DNA from: Camelus ferus
Lineage: Eukaryota
Direction: 5' to 3'
Length of the DNA: 64,000 bases
Assembly: GCF_009834535.1 (NCBI RefSeq)
Contig: NC_045697.1
Coordinates: 18,540,001-18,604,000, forward strand
Part shown: piece after piece, positions 38,500 to 50,668 of the stretch
How the letters are laid out: every line of letters starts with the position of its first letter
Position numbering within the stretch: position 1 is the stretch's first letter
The notes under the pieces: generated by a model
What the model was told of the DNA's origin: nothing
Seen by the model: the letters and a program-made list of their open reading frames with translations, nothing else
The model's database searches: none
Program-made: the position numbers and the translations under genes

Positions 38500-38790
38500 A
38501 CATCATAATCATCATCCTCATCATCATTGCTGGTGTTTTTACCACGTATTTTGTGCCACGCACTACTCTGCACAGTAATCTATTCATTGAGCATTTAGCA
38601 CGTCTAATTTCTTTACTCGTCTTATTTCAATGACCCTAAGGGGCCAGGACTCTTACTCGCTCATTTTGTAGATGAGAAAGTTCAAGCTCAGAAACCTAAA
38701 GTCATTTGCTCAGAGTCACACAATCAGTAAGTGGTGGACCTCAAACTCAAATCCAAGTGCTCCTGGCCCTGAAAGCCTATATTCTACTGT
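38500..38790 (-). mobile_element. MIR SINE
   Basis: ctcattttgtagatgagaaagttcaagctcaga...cagagtcacacaatcagtaagtgg. Confidence 0.75.
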
Positions 38791-38832
38791 TTCTGTATCT
38801 AGCAGAGTCACTGCTAGAACTAGACAACGCAG

Positions 38833-40190
38833 GTGGAATGCGGCTTAAGCCTACTGAAACTCTTAGCAGCAGTACAGCTTCCAAAAAAGTTTGCAGTGAT
38901 TCATTACAGGGGTCACCGAAAGGGAGAAGCAGAGGTAGTAAGGGGAAACAGCAAGGTGGATGCAACTGCCAGCAGGGCAGCCCTAGAACCAGTAACTCGG
39001 CAACTGCTCCTTATACCCCGAAGGCCAGATTCATCCAATTATTCCCCAGTCTACACAAAGGAAAAATTAGGCAAAACCCGAAAATGGGGCTTTAGTTGAG
39101 ATTTGGGGAACCATGGGTGGCTAGTTAATGAACATGGACAACACCTGTTTCCCCAAACTGTAGTTTGTCAAGCCATCAGGGAGGCCCATCAAGGAACTCA
39201 CTATGGGAGGGAAGCCCTATATAATTGGCTGGTTGAGATCATGGTGACCCCGGGCATGAAGAGCACAATCAATGGGGTAGATGAGACCCGCCCCATTTGC
39301 TCAATAAATAACCCCAAGACCAGACCCCTCCAGAGGCCCCCAGATAAGACCCATTCAGACCAGAGGAACATATCCTGGAGAAGACTGGCAGATTGATTTC
39401 ACAATCATGTCATCATCCTCTTAGGACCAAGCAACTCCAGGTATCTCTTGGTGCTGGTAGACACATTTCCTGGGTGGACAAAAACATTCCCCACTAGAAC
39501 TGAAAAGGAAGCTGAAGTGACTAAGGCATTACTAAAAGAAATAATCCCCAGGTTTGGGCTCCCAGGATCCCTACAAAGTGATAATGGTCCAGCATTTGCA
39601 TCTCAAATGGTGAAGCAGATAACAAGTGCTCCGGGCATAAAATAGACCTTGCCCTACTCAGCCTCGGGGAGAGCAGAGAGATCCCATCAGACCTTGAAAC
39701 CGACCTTAGCCAAGCTATGTCAGGAAACTCAAGAAAATTGGGTTAAGTTGCCTCCCATTGCCCTGCTCCGCATGCCCTTAGTCCCAAGGGATAAGTTAAA
39801 GTTTAGTGCATTCGAATTCATGTATGGTAGACATATTCCCCAAGCCTGAGAGAAGGGACACCTTAATGTCCCTGAAATGAAACAACTCAAGTGTGCCATC
39901 CAGGTAGGAGAACCGTGGAAGCTGTCAGGGAATACGGTAACCAGGTGCTATCCACACCCACTGACCTGGCCCTCCACCCCTTCCGGCTAGACCTACAAAC
40001 CTAGAAACCCAGCAGTTCACAAAATCAGCTCATTAAGTGAAACGGACTCCACTTGGTGATCCTAACTACCCATTCTGCCTTGAAGTTGCAGGGGATCCCT
40101 CCGTGGGCACATCGCCCTCCAGTGAAGAGACCCCCGAGCCCCAGCCAGAGACAATGGACGCCCCTAACTACTTGTGTGAACCTCTCTTCC
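38833..40190 (+). pseudogene. pol: ERV pol remnant (RNase H C-terminus and integrase), disrupted
   Basis: AVIHYRGHRKG..RGNSKVD (RNase H), HQGTHYG (HHCC region), PGEDWQIDF, LVDTFPGW, IIPRFGLPGSLQSDNGPAF, GRAERSHQTLK, and GLHLVILTTHSALKLQGIPPW (GPY/F-like); in-frame stops at 39097 and 39643 plus frameshifts. Confidence 0.93.
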
Positions 40191-40195
40191 TAGAT

Positions 40196-40553
40196 TACCA
40201 GGGAGGCTCTGTGTGCTGGCCAATACTGCTTTTATGTCAGTGCAGGTAGCTTGGATGGAGAAAGTGCAGACAGATCACTGGAAGACACAACTTAGCAGAC
40301 AGAAGTCAGCCAGCCTCATCTGGCCAAACAAATGCAGAGCGAGGTAAAACAGGCCCTCCCCAGCGGCACTTGGCTTCTACCTTTCCTGGGCCCTTTCACA
40401 ACCATTGTTCTCTTACTAATATTTGGGCTGTGTGTCTTAAATTGCCTGGTGTCCTTTGCCTCCAAAAGGTTAGAATCTATAAGACTTCCAATGGTGGTCA
40501 CTCAGGGCAACGAACAGTCAGGGCGAAGGCCTGGGACAGCCAAACAGATCTAA
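40196..40553 (+). pseudogene. env: ERV env TM remnant
   Basis: Degenerate CX6CC region (ctctgtgtg...tgcttttatgtc) then WLLPFLGPFTTIVLLLIFGLCVLNCLVSFASKRLESIRL, a gamma-type membrane span and cytoplasmic tail. Confidence 0.85.
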
Positions 40554-40694
40554 AGGCAGCTGGAAAGAAGTTCTGCTTGTCTCCCTGGGGTTATGACAAT
40601 GCCCAACTCAGCAGGAAGTAGTTACGGAGGACAGACCATCGCCCCTCAGAGCCCCTCAAGAATGAGGAGCAGGATGAAAGGCAGAGGAGGGATT

Positions 40695-41187
40695 TGTCAC
40701 CAGCAAAGCCCACTGGGGTCCCTGGGAAAAATAAGATGAAATTTAGGTGATAAGATAAGGTCTAACTTCTCTTTTTGTGCTTAGTCTAGTTGCACTTGCC
40801 TGTAGAGGGCTGTGTGCAGAGGCCTTGCACGGAACACAGAGGGTTAGAGCTCCCAGCTCGGAACTGCTGCGGCCACCCAACGCTGCTGCTCTCGGGCCAT
40901 GTGCAGAAGCCCTGCGCATGCGCCTCAGTTCACGATGGCGGGGGCAGGCCATGCGCAGAGGCGCTGTGCCCAGCGGTTAGCTCCGCCCCCTCCCAGCAGC
41001 CTAGATCGCTGCAAAGCAGCCCCGCCCATCGCCTGCTCTAGAGCTTGAGCTCACACCTCTCCATTCTTTGATCAAAGAATAAAACTTTCCTTCCACTTCT
41101 GAACTCAACTCATTCTCGTTCTATTGGTGTGAGTGACTCTGGGCAGGAGGACCCTTGTTGGGGCCCAAATCGAAAGGCTCAGTAACA
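40695..41187 (+). mobile_element. ERV 3' LTR (493 bp)
   Basis: Preceded by the polypurine tract gaaaggcagaggaggga; TGTCAC...GTAACA termini; AATAAA at 41078-41083. Confidence 0.9.
40810..41035 (+). promoter_or_regulatory. CpG-rich LTR U3 promoter-like motif cluster
   Basis: TGCGCATGCGC (NRF1 palindrome) at 40913-40923, GATGGCG (YY1 core), GC boxes at ~40983 and ~41020; 16 CpGs counted in 40830-41031. Confidence 0.5.
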
Positions 41188-41505
41188 GGAGCTAAAGAAG
41201 ACACGGTATCTTCCCTCAGAGAGTGTGAGGTCTGACACTGCATAGCTATCGTGACTAGCATGAAACAAGACCCTGGAACAGCCAGGGAACCATCCTGTGA
41301 AATCTACGGATAAAGCCCACGCTGTGGAATGCAGAAGGAGAGAAATGGGGCCCTGGTGCCTTCGTTGCTGGAGCAAACCTTACCTAATGTCATCCCAACC
41401 ACCAGACTTTTTAGTTATTCTTATGACTAAACAAATATCTTCCACTATTCAAGCCAGCTGGAGTTGGATTCTCTGTTATTTACAACAGAATGCTCTGCTA
41501 CATCA
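41188..41505 (+). mobile_element. 3' half of an MLT1-type LTR (host of the ERV insertion)
   Basis: ccagactttttagtta...ttcaagccagctggagttggattctctgttatttacaac. Confidence 0.75.
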
Positions 41506-42359
41506 GTCCCCTTGCTGCTCCTCTCCTTCCTTGTCCATTGCTGGAGGCCTCTTTCTCACAGGGAAAAAAGGAGGGAAGAAAAGAGGAAAGGATTTCAAAG
41601 CCAAATCCATAGATTTGACTTCTTGGTAGCTGCCCTGGAAAGAGGTCCAACAAGGGATACTTGGAGCTGTCAGCCAGAGTAAGTTCTCAGTTATTTGGAA
41701 ATGTCAGTGGTCCATCCTCTCCCTTCTCCCACAGATAATCAAGAGTTGGCTGAGAGTGCTGATCCCCACCGAGCACAGCCAAGGAAATATCACTGCTCTG
41801 GAATCCTGAGTCTTTCCAGAGGTATAAACCATCATGTTCAGAATGAGTTCCAGGGCCAGGAGCAGAGGCCACCTCATGTTAGTGACCCATCTGGAACACC
41901 TCAGGCCACCTCACAGACACTAGGAGAGCAGCGTGTAAGCACCTCTGCTTGCTCCTCTTCCTCTGTGCCCCAAAGGACAAGATGAGTTAAGGCCTGAAGG
42001 CCAATCTCACCGACCGATGAGAGTCAATACAAGAACCCAAGTGCACAACACAGCCCTTCCTGGTAGCAGGATTTCAGACAAAGCGTGAGGCTTAGTGGAT
42101 CCTTGAAGTGCCAGGCAAGAAGCTGGAGACAACCAGGACCACCTGAAATTGCTCTGAACCCAAGATGGGAGAGAGAGGGTGGGCCTAGGGGACAATACAG
42201 TAATAGTCCACAAGCCAGGACATCCAACAGGCTGGGCCAGCTCAGGGGCAAATCAGGCAACTGCCAGCACCTGAAGTTCCAAGAGAAGGGAACACATCAC
42301 AGCAGCAGGGTGCTGGGGAGATGGTCACTACCCAAGGGGTGTGTCCACGAGGGGTAGAG

Positions 42360-42890
42360 CCCCAACCGCCAGTCCCCAGCTCCAACACATACTAACTGGG
42401 CTCCTCAAAGAATCTCTTAGAGATTCAGTTTCCTCATCTTGAAAATGGGAGTAATAATAATTCCTCCCTTATGAGATTGTTTTGATAAGTAAATGCGTGT
42501 TAAGTGCTTAGGACAGTGCCTGGCACACAGCTGAACTCAGCACATGTCAGCCCCTTGGCTACTGGGGCTAAGGGGACTGGGATCCAGTGGGGAGGCTGGG
42601 AGGGGGAAGCAGCAGTGAGCAAAACAGGAGCCTGATGCTCGCCCCTCTCTAATCATTCAACACTTGCACTTACAGTGTGCCAGGCTCCGAGCTAGAGACG
42701 CAGAGGGGCCAAGGAGCGCCACTACACTTCCAATTTAAGAGCTGTGTAATCTTGGATATGTTCCCCAACCTCTCTGTGCCTTTAGTTCCCATCTTTTTAA
42801 AAAGTGGAGATAATGATAACTTGAATTGGCTAATATGAGTGAAAGCACTTAAAACAGTACTTGGGAAAGGCCACACAAGTATTTGCTGAC
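42360..42890 (+). mobile_element. two MIR SINEs
   Basis: tcagtttcctcatcttgaaaatggga...acagtgcctggcaca; cctctctgtgcctttagttcccatc. Confidence 0.8.
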
Positions 42891-43038
42891 ACTGTGCCCA
42901 TGGCCCTAATCCACATTCCTCCAGGCCCTGCAGCTCTCCCCAAGCCTCTGAGCTCCCAGCTCAGACACGGGGGCCTTTTTAATTGCCCAGTTACAGCTCA
43001 GACTATGGCACCAATCACACATTTACAGAGGGCTTCAT

Positions 43039-43500
43039 GTATCCATTTAGGATTCTTTCGGTTACAAGTAGCAGTAAACCTGCCCCAAACCAACATCAGC
43101 AAAAATGAGATTTTATGAGCACACATTACTGAAGAGTGCATGGCTTAGTTCAGATGCTCAAAGGGTGAGGTCAGGCTCTGGTGTCACTCTGTCGACTTGG
43201 CTCTACTTGGTGTGCTAACTCTATTCCCAGACTGGGATCTCTACTCATGGTCACAAAATGGCTGCCAACAGCGGCAGGAGCTGCCCCCTCCCTGGCTCAC
43301 AATTAGTGAGAAAAGAGTCAAGCTGCTTCCCTACAGGCTCAAATGAAATCCCTCAATCCAATCTCTTTGCCTCTGACTGGCCTGACTTGGTCATGTAGTA
43401 GTCCCCAGTGTTTTGATTAGCAAGGTCTGGGTCAGGGGCCACCCCTAGAGCCAGAAATAAGGCCACATAGACAAACTCCACATACTACCCTCCACCAAAA
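43039..43500 (-). mobile_element. MLT1K/L-like LTR
   Basis: ttaggattctttcggttacaag; atggtcacaaaatggctgcc; tctgactggcctgacttggtcatg. Confidence 0.7.
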
Positions 43501-43669
43501 AAGAAAAAAAAAAAAAAAAAAAAAAGAGTTTGCGATATTTGAGAATTGCAGAGGAGGATTATAATAAAGGAAGGAAAATTTCTTCTTCCTTAACATCTCC
43601 CTCTAAGCAGTTCCTCACCTCTTTCCATCCCCAAAATGAGAGTCAAGGCAAGTTGTAGCTTGACAGAGA

Positions 43670-43880
43670 AGAATCCACACTTGGAAATAAGACCGCCTTG
43701 AGCAAATTCTGGCTGCCTGGCTGGCTGCCTCTGCGACCCAGGGCAACTGACTTTTCCTCTTTGGGCCTCAGCCTGCTCGTCTATAAAACAAGACCAGTAA
43801 TCCTATGTACTTCACAGGGCTGTTGTGAGATTAAATGAAAGAATAAGGCCCGTCTGGCCCACAGTAAATCGTGAATTTGC
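43670..43880 (+). mobile_element. MIR SINE
   Basis: gggcctcag...cagggctgttgtgagattaaatga. Confidence 0.75.
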
Positions 43881-45129
43881 ACTGGAAGTTGTTCTTAGTG
43901 AGCAGATGCTCCTACATGTCTGCTCCTGCTCACTCAGCACTGGGCTGTGGGCTAGCAGCCTCCAGAGGAGAGAAGGGCGCAGGGACGGCCCTCTGTGACT
44001 GAGTGACTCCCTCCTGAGAGTGGGGTCAAGAGTGCAGGACCCAGGAAGGCCAGGCTGGAGCACAGGCCCAGGGGTGGGAACCCAACAATGCCAAGGAATT
44101 CCTAGGGAGTGCTCCCTACCCCCAAGTTCAGAAGAAAACCACAGCATCTCTTTTTGCCTTCACAGCCCTCTCTCCTGAGGGAGGCAGTGAAACACATGAT
44201 CCAAATAAGGCCCAGAGCTGTGCCGGAATTTGCATGCAGAGTGTTTATATAGATTTGAACCTCTCTGTTGACTCGCGGCTTAGACCTCCAAAGCCTTGTA
44301 GTTCATGAAAGTTTAATGTTCTGTTTCATGATGTTCCTTGCCATCGGTAAGTGGCTCTGTCAGCTCTTGGAAGAGAAACTTCCCTCTTCAGGGTCTATTT
44401 CCCCTGCCCTGAGCTGGAGAGCCCCGTTGCTAAGGGCATCTGTTCTGTTTGCTTACGAGAAGTACAGATGTGAATAGTCACCAAGTTGCCTCTTTTGTTC
44501 TGCTCATCTGGCAGCCGGGGCAGCCGGCTGATGTAACAGCTGCAGAACACTGGGGCTCCCCGAAGGGGGAAAGAGAGCAAAGAAAAAAGCCAAACGTACC
44601 CCAGGAGAAGATGCCAGCACTCAGAGGCCTCCAAGAATTGGACCTAATCTTAGGAAACTCACTCCACATCACTCCGATCTGCATGGAGGCTGCTGGGATG
44701 CAATTCAGCTCAGCCCACCTCCGTGGAGCCAGCGCAGGGCAGCTGTCAGGGGAAGATGGTGGCTCAGAAGGATCAATAAGATACAGTTTCTGCCCAGGGC
44801 GGGAGTGGGAGGTTCCTGGCAGGGGAAGAGCTGGCTTTACTGTGAAATAGTCTAAATTGCCAAGTATTCATTTGTGTCCCATCCCCATCAGAGGATCAGG
44901 TGCTCAGATCTTAACCTGAGCTAAGTTATTTGTTCAAGTTAAAAGTACAGACTTGTCCTGAGTAACCAATGGGTTTCCTGCACTGTGAAAGCACGAAAGA
45001 AAGAATAGATGTGCAAGAAATATTTGTCTATTTGCTGACTCCCTCTGAAGTATACACCCAGATTAACTTTATAGAGCACAATAATGCCATAAAATAAGGA
45101 GAAAGCATAGATGAATATTAGTCCAAATC

Positions 45130-45370
45130 CAATCACACCTTATCAGCTCCCCTCGCTGCCTCACTTGTCCAAAGCACCATTATCTCTCACCTGAGTTATG
45201 TCAGTTACTCCCTAACTGGTTCCCTTTGACAGCCCGTCCCTTTTTCAGTTTATTCTCAACACAGCAGCCAAGATAACCTGTGAACACTAAGTTATATCAC
45301 GTCATTCTTGTGCTCAAAACCCTCCCATGGCTTCCCATCTCACAAAAGGCAAAAGCCAAAGTTTTCCCAG
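45130..45370 (+). mobile_element. L2 fragment
   Basis: ccattatctctcacctg...attctcaacacagcagcca...ctcaaaaccctcccatggcttccca. Confidence 0.8.
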
Positions 45371-46379
45371 GGGATGACTTTCAGGGCCCTCGGTGACGTG
45401 TGCCCCCCACTTGTGGGGCCACCTTGAAAATGGCTCCCACAGCCCCTGCACCTCACATCACATGAAGTAGAGGTGCGTTCTTCCTTGTGGAGCCTCAAGA
45501 CACTGCAGAATCACTAATGAATAAACAACTATGATTTTTGTGAGTTTACGGTGGTTTTTTACACAGCAAGAGATAGCCATTAAGATTTCAGAATTTTCTT
45601 ACAAGTTCACTGCAAAAAAGATTCAAAAACCGCTATTGCAGAAAAATATTTAATGAACAGATAAATGCTTCATTGTGCATTAAATTTCAAAAGGTTATAA
45701 GACAGTATGTATAACACAAAAAATATTTTTTAGTATGTAAGTTCTCTGTCAAGTTCTCATGTAGCTTGAATTTTTAGTAAATTCACTTCCATAGTAGGTA
45801 TAAACAAGTTGCAAAATGCGACTCAAGACTTTAACAGAATTGCCAGTGATTTGTTTGTTCTGCTTTCTTTATAGAGGGAAAGAGAGGAATAGGGAAAGAA
45901 AAGAAATTCTTTCATTTATTTCTAAACCCCCTACAGTCTAAAGCAGACATTATCCTCGAAATCCCAGAAAGGAAATGCACAAAGAAATAGAATAAGTTAA
46001 TTCTTCGGCTGAGGTACCAGGAGCCCGGTTTCTGATGACTTAGGAAATTTGGATAAATTTTCAATATTTTAAAATACATTTTGTTATATACTGCTGGCAG
46101 CAGTGGTGGTGGTGGTGGTGCCCTTGACCCAGCCCCAGATAAGACGCGGTTCCATTGTGTAGTCTGGGAGACCAGCCTGGCTACGGAGCAGGTGAAATCG
46201 GTCCCTTGTGTTCCTTCCTGTGATTTCTTAACTCTTTTTTATGTGTCTTTAGTCTAGTGCTTGTCACTGCTCCTTGCAAACAGAACAGGTCTAAATCAAT
46301 ACAACCACACTGAGTTTTCAGGCAGCTAAAATTTCATTATTTTTTACTAAGCTTCCCTTACCCTGGCATTGATTTTTTT

Positions 46380-46772
46380 AACATTTTTTATTGATTTATA
46401 ATCATTTTACAATGTTGTGTCAAATTCCAGTGTAGAGCACAATTTTTCAGTTATACATGAACATATGTATATTCATTGTCACATTTTTTTCTCTGTGAGC
46501 TACCATAAAATCTTGTGTATATTTCCCTGTGCTATACAGTATAATCTTGTCTATCTATTCTACAATTTTGAAATCCCGTCTATCCCTTCCCACTCTCCGC
46601 CTCCTTGGCAAGCACAAGTTTGTATTCTATGTCTATGAGTCTTTTTCTGTTTTGTATTTATGTTTTGTTTGTTTGTTTTTGTTTTTGTTTTGATTCCACA
46701 TATAAGCGATCTCATATGGTATTTTTCTTTCTCTTTCTGGCTTACTTCACTTAGAATGACATTCTTCAGGAA
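46380..46772 (-). mobile_element. relatively young L1 3' end (probably camelid lineage) with TSD
   Basis: ttttattgatttataatcattttacaatgttgtg; ccctgtgctatacagta; flanking gattttttt at 46371 and 46773. Confidence 0.85.
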
Positions 46773-47659
46773 GATTTTTTTTTTTTTTGAGACAAAACGC
46801 AGTAGTTTACATTTTTCTGAATTTCATTTCATCTTCATTCTTGTTTTCAATGGTGCTCCCCAGCCTGTCAAGTCCAACTGAACCTTAGTTGGATGACCTG
46901 TCATACAAGCCATTCCTCTCTGCCTTAGGTCTTCTGGAAATTTTACAAGTATGTCTTGGGGTGTCTTCATTGAGAAAATTGCTGAACTTTTAAACTCTAC
47001 TGGAGTGGATGGAGCCTTCCTGCAGAATTTCATAGTCATTTAAGTGTTTAAAAATTTCACGACCTCTACCAGAAAATTAATAGTGTCAGACACCACGCTT
47101 ATCTCTGTAACTCTGTTGCTTTGATGTTGTGCTGCTGTGCACAGAAACATGTGCATATGTGCGTCCAGAAGAAAAACACCATAGCTTTATGAGTTAAGTA
47201 CTGCTTTGACTCAGTTTACACTGGAATTTTTTCTCCCGGTGAAATGTAAGTTAAACTTAGTGTTTGTCACCAATAAATGGTAATACTTTTTTAAAAATAG
47301 TGTCAGACAAATAGGTAGGAACGATGTAAGCAGGGGTAAGGTGACTTTAAGACCAAGTGTCCACAGCCCCACCCAAAGTCAATATGAAACTCCCCTGAGA
47401 ATCCCTTCCCTTCAGTTACTCTTCCACAAAGGCACTAGCCCTTTTTGAGGTCCAGTGCAAATATCTGTTCTGTATTTATTATTCTAACATGTCAACGTCC
47501 TCTTCCTATTTGCCATCATGAGCTCTTTTGAGGCAGGGACAATTGTTGTCATTTGGTTAAACAGAATACAGGATTAGGGGCTTCTCAAATGCTGGATGGG
47601 GAAAAATGGGATGAGTCACAGTAACATGCAGGATGTTTCTATAAAAACCTCTTTTAACC

Positions 47660-48288
47660 ATTTAATAAACATAACAGATCAATGGAGAAGGAAAGGATTA
47701 CTCAGTAAACAATGGCAGGATATTCATCAGACATCTTGAGGAGGAAAAATGCTATTTCAGCCTTAAATTCATACCATGAATCAAAATAAATTCCAGAAAG
47801 ATTAAAGAGACAGATGATGCAAACGCAAATCATTAAACAGACATACAGATCAATGGAACAGAACTGAGAGTCCAGAAATAAATTCTTACATTTATTCTTA
47901 CATTTGTGGTCAATTGATTTTCAACGAAGGTACCAACACAATTCACTAGTGAAAGGACAGCCTTTGTAACAAGTGCTGCTGGGACAACTGGATAGTCAGA
48001 GGCAGAAAGATTCTTCCCTCCACGTTAAACACTAAATTTAACCCAAATTGGATAGTAGACTTGAATGTAAGCGCTAAAACAATAACACATTTAGAAGATA
48101 ACATAGGAGAAAATCTTCAAGACCGTGAGTTAGGCAAAGATCTCACCAATATGTCACCACGAGTATGAGCCACAAAAGAACAAATTGATAAGTCGGACCT
48201 CATGCAACTCAAAAACTTTAGTGCTTTGCAAGACAGCATTAAGAAAACGAAAAGACAAGCAACAGACTGGGAGAAAATATTTGCATAC
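47660..48288 (+). mobile_element. L1 ORF2 fragments
   Basis: gatcaatggaacagaactgagagtccagaaata; acagactgggagaaaatatttgca. Confidence 0.85.
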
Positions 48289-48289
48289 A

Positions 48290-48710
48290 TGACTCCTGCT
48301 CTCACGGAGTTTATCTTCTTTAGAGGGCATGGGGGACACACAGACACAAATTAGCAAATAACAAAATGTCAAATCATGATTAGTGCTCTGCAGAAGACAA
48401 AAGGACTGTGATGTGTTGACTGTTGTCCATGTTAGAGTGTGTAATTAGGAAAGAGTTCTTTGCTGAGATGTCATTTACATCAAGCAATTTGAACTCTGAG
48501 TAATAAGCAAAGAGTCAGTCACATGAAGAACCATAGGGAGCATCCAATGGGCAGAAGCCGCAGTATGTGCAAAGGCCCTAAGGTGGACAAGAAACGATGG
48601 CAGGTGAGGCTCTGTTCATTTGGACAGGAGGGAGAGTGATACCAGATGGGGTGGGAGACTTAGGAGGATGCCTGGCCCCAGAGGTCTTTGTAAACTAAGA
48701 TGAAAAAGTG
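48290..48710 (-). mobile_element. L2 fragment
   Basis: cctgctctcacggagtttat; gtgcaaaggccctaaggtgg. Confidence 0.75.
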
Positions 48711-48780
48711 TCTGTCCTTAAAAGTAACTGAGTCAGATCAAAGAATGATCTCTACTGAACAGAGAATGGAGTCCAAGAGG

Positions 48781-49320
48781 GTGTATCACTCAGAATTCTG
48801 AGCTGCAAATGAACAAAGCTGACTCTGGCTGGTGTAGCAGAAAGAAATTTAATTTAATTAATTTATTTAAAGGGCTTTATTTTAAAAGAATATTGGGCAA
48901 CACAGAGATATTTTTGGAGGACCTGGAAAACAAGACTTAGGGTCAAGGGTCCAGGGACAATTCCTAAAACCACAAGTGGGGAAGCCCCACTGCTGATGTT
49001 CCACTGGGGGTACTTCTGTGTGTTGAACTTGACTTTGGCATCCTTGCCACCCCCAAAGCTTTCGCTGTTTAAAAAAAAAAAAAAATCTGCACAGACATTC
49101 CTTTTCCAAGCTGCTCCCTGTGAAATCAAAGTTTCCAAAGCATGCTGAGTGTCAGAGCTTGGTCACCAGGTTGCATCCTAGTTGCAAAGGAAGCTGGGAA
49201 TTTGAGTTTTCTAGACTCTTAATTCAGGGAGTAAAACTTCCAAGGCTGGCATTTTCTCATATATAAGAAGTATGCTTTTAAAATTACTAGGAAGTCAGAA
49301 GACATAATAAAATCCAGTAA
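48781..49320 (-). mobile_element. old MLT1-type LTR
   Basis: ggtcacc...catcctagttgcaaaggaagctgggaa motif. Confidence 0.55.
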
Positions 49321-49403
49321 ATGGAAAGAGAATCACAAGGCTGTTGCAGGATTTCAGGTGAGGGATAGTGAGAGACTTGACCAGCGGATACCATACAATA
49401 GGA

Positions 49404-49597
49404 CAGTGGCTCCCAAAGCACGGCCCAGACCAGCAGCATCCACATCCTCTGAAAACTTTGTTAGACGTGCAAATTTCAGGCCCCACCCTGAGCTTACTAA
49501 ATTTGAAACTCTGAGGGTGAGTATAGCTCAGCAATTTGTCTTTAAAAAACCACCCAGATGATTATGAAGCACGCTAGAGTTTAAGAACCAAGTACTG
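49404..49597 (+). mobile_element. MER5A hAT-Charlie element
   Basis: cagtggctcccaaa...gaccagcagcatc...ttgttagacgtgcaaatttcaggccccaccc...agtttaagaacca. Confidence 0.85.
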
Positions 49598-49779
49598 GCA
49601 TCACACTGGGGTTAGAGCTTCAGTGCATGAATCTGGGAGGCGGCCACGAGCCAGTCCAGAGTAGATACGTAATATCAAGAAGATTCCTTCTCTTTGCTAA
49701 CGTGAGTGTAAGGTACACAAATCTGTGACGTTGCTACATTAGTACCTTCAAACCTTTCTCCTCAACTCCCATTCCTCCC

Positions 49780-50575
49780 ACCCCTCCCCTCATCAGACTC
49801 TCATATAGACAAACTGCGTCCTCATCTGTCCCTAGATCTCTGATTTTGCCATCTGGCCTCCAGTGCACCTTCCACGCAGCAGACTGACTTCATGAAATAG
49901 GCAATTCTCTCTATGTCAGTCCTTAGCCCCAAACCCCATAGTTCAATGTGTTTCTAAAATGTTCCTAATTCTAAGAATCACCAGGGCGTTTGTTAGTCAG
50001 ACCCCACACCCCTCCCAACAGTTCTGGAGTGAGTCTGGGGCATCCAGAATTTGATCAAGAGTCAACCAAGTGATGCTTATCATACAGTTTGAGAAACACT
50101 GCTCCACAGGTTAAAGTTCAAGAATCTTAGCAAAGCACAAATATGACTCGGTAAACTGGCCTCATCCTTTCTCTCCAGCTTCCTGCCACTCCCCTACCCC
50201 GCCCCCAGCACTCCAACTCCAGCCACGGGGAGTTGCTTGTGGCTCCTGGGCACCCCATTCTTCCTTGTGCTCCCCTGAGTTAGCATCTGCCTCTCTGTCT
50301 GAAAGGGTGCCCTCCCTTCTCCTTGTTACCTAACCAGCTCCTCATCTTTCACCTCCCAGCTCAAGCCGCCTTCTTCCATGAAGGCCATGGAGTGTGTCTC
50401 CACTGCAACAACCATTTCTGTTTTATATTTGCTTATTTGCAGGTTTGCTTCCCCACCAGATCAATAGGTCCTCCAGAGAAGCAAATGTGTCTTCTCGTCT
50501 TGTATCCCTGACTCCTTGAACAGAACCAGGCTCAATCCAAGTACCCAATGGATGCCTGCTGACTTAATCAATTAG
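49780..50575 (+). mobile_element. L2 3' region with an inserted MER5-like element (~49945-50100)
   Basis: L2 pyrimidine-rich motifs; agtttgagaaacactg MER5 terminus. Confidence 0.65.
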
Positions 50576-50633
50576 TAAATTATTGTGGGCAGGACAAAGG
50601 AATTCAACAGAATTGCATATTCCTTAAGAACTA

Positions 50634-50668
50634 CACACACACACACACACACACACACTCCCACACAC
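50634..50668. repeat. (CA)n microsatellite
   Basis: Interrupted CA run. Confidence 0.9.

Larger units (their letters stand above)
38830..41187 (+). mobile_element. 5'-deleted class I (gamma-like) endogenous retrovirus: pol 3' part, env remnant, 3' LTR
   Basis: RNase H, integrase, env TM, PPT and LTR in retroviral order. Confidence 0.95.

Noticed and set aside
40332..40553. Possible domesticated env (syncytin-like) gene
   Set aside because: Only a short TM remnant; signal peptide, SU, furin site and fusion peptide are absent.
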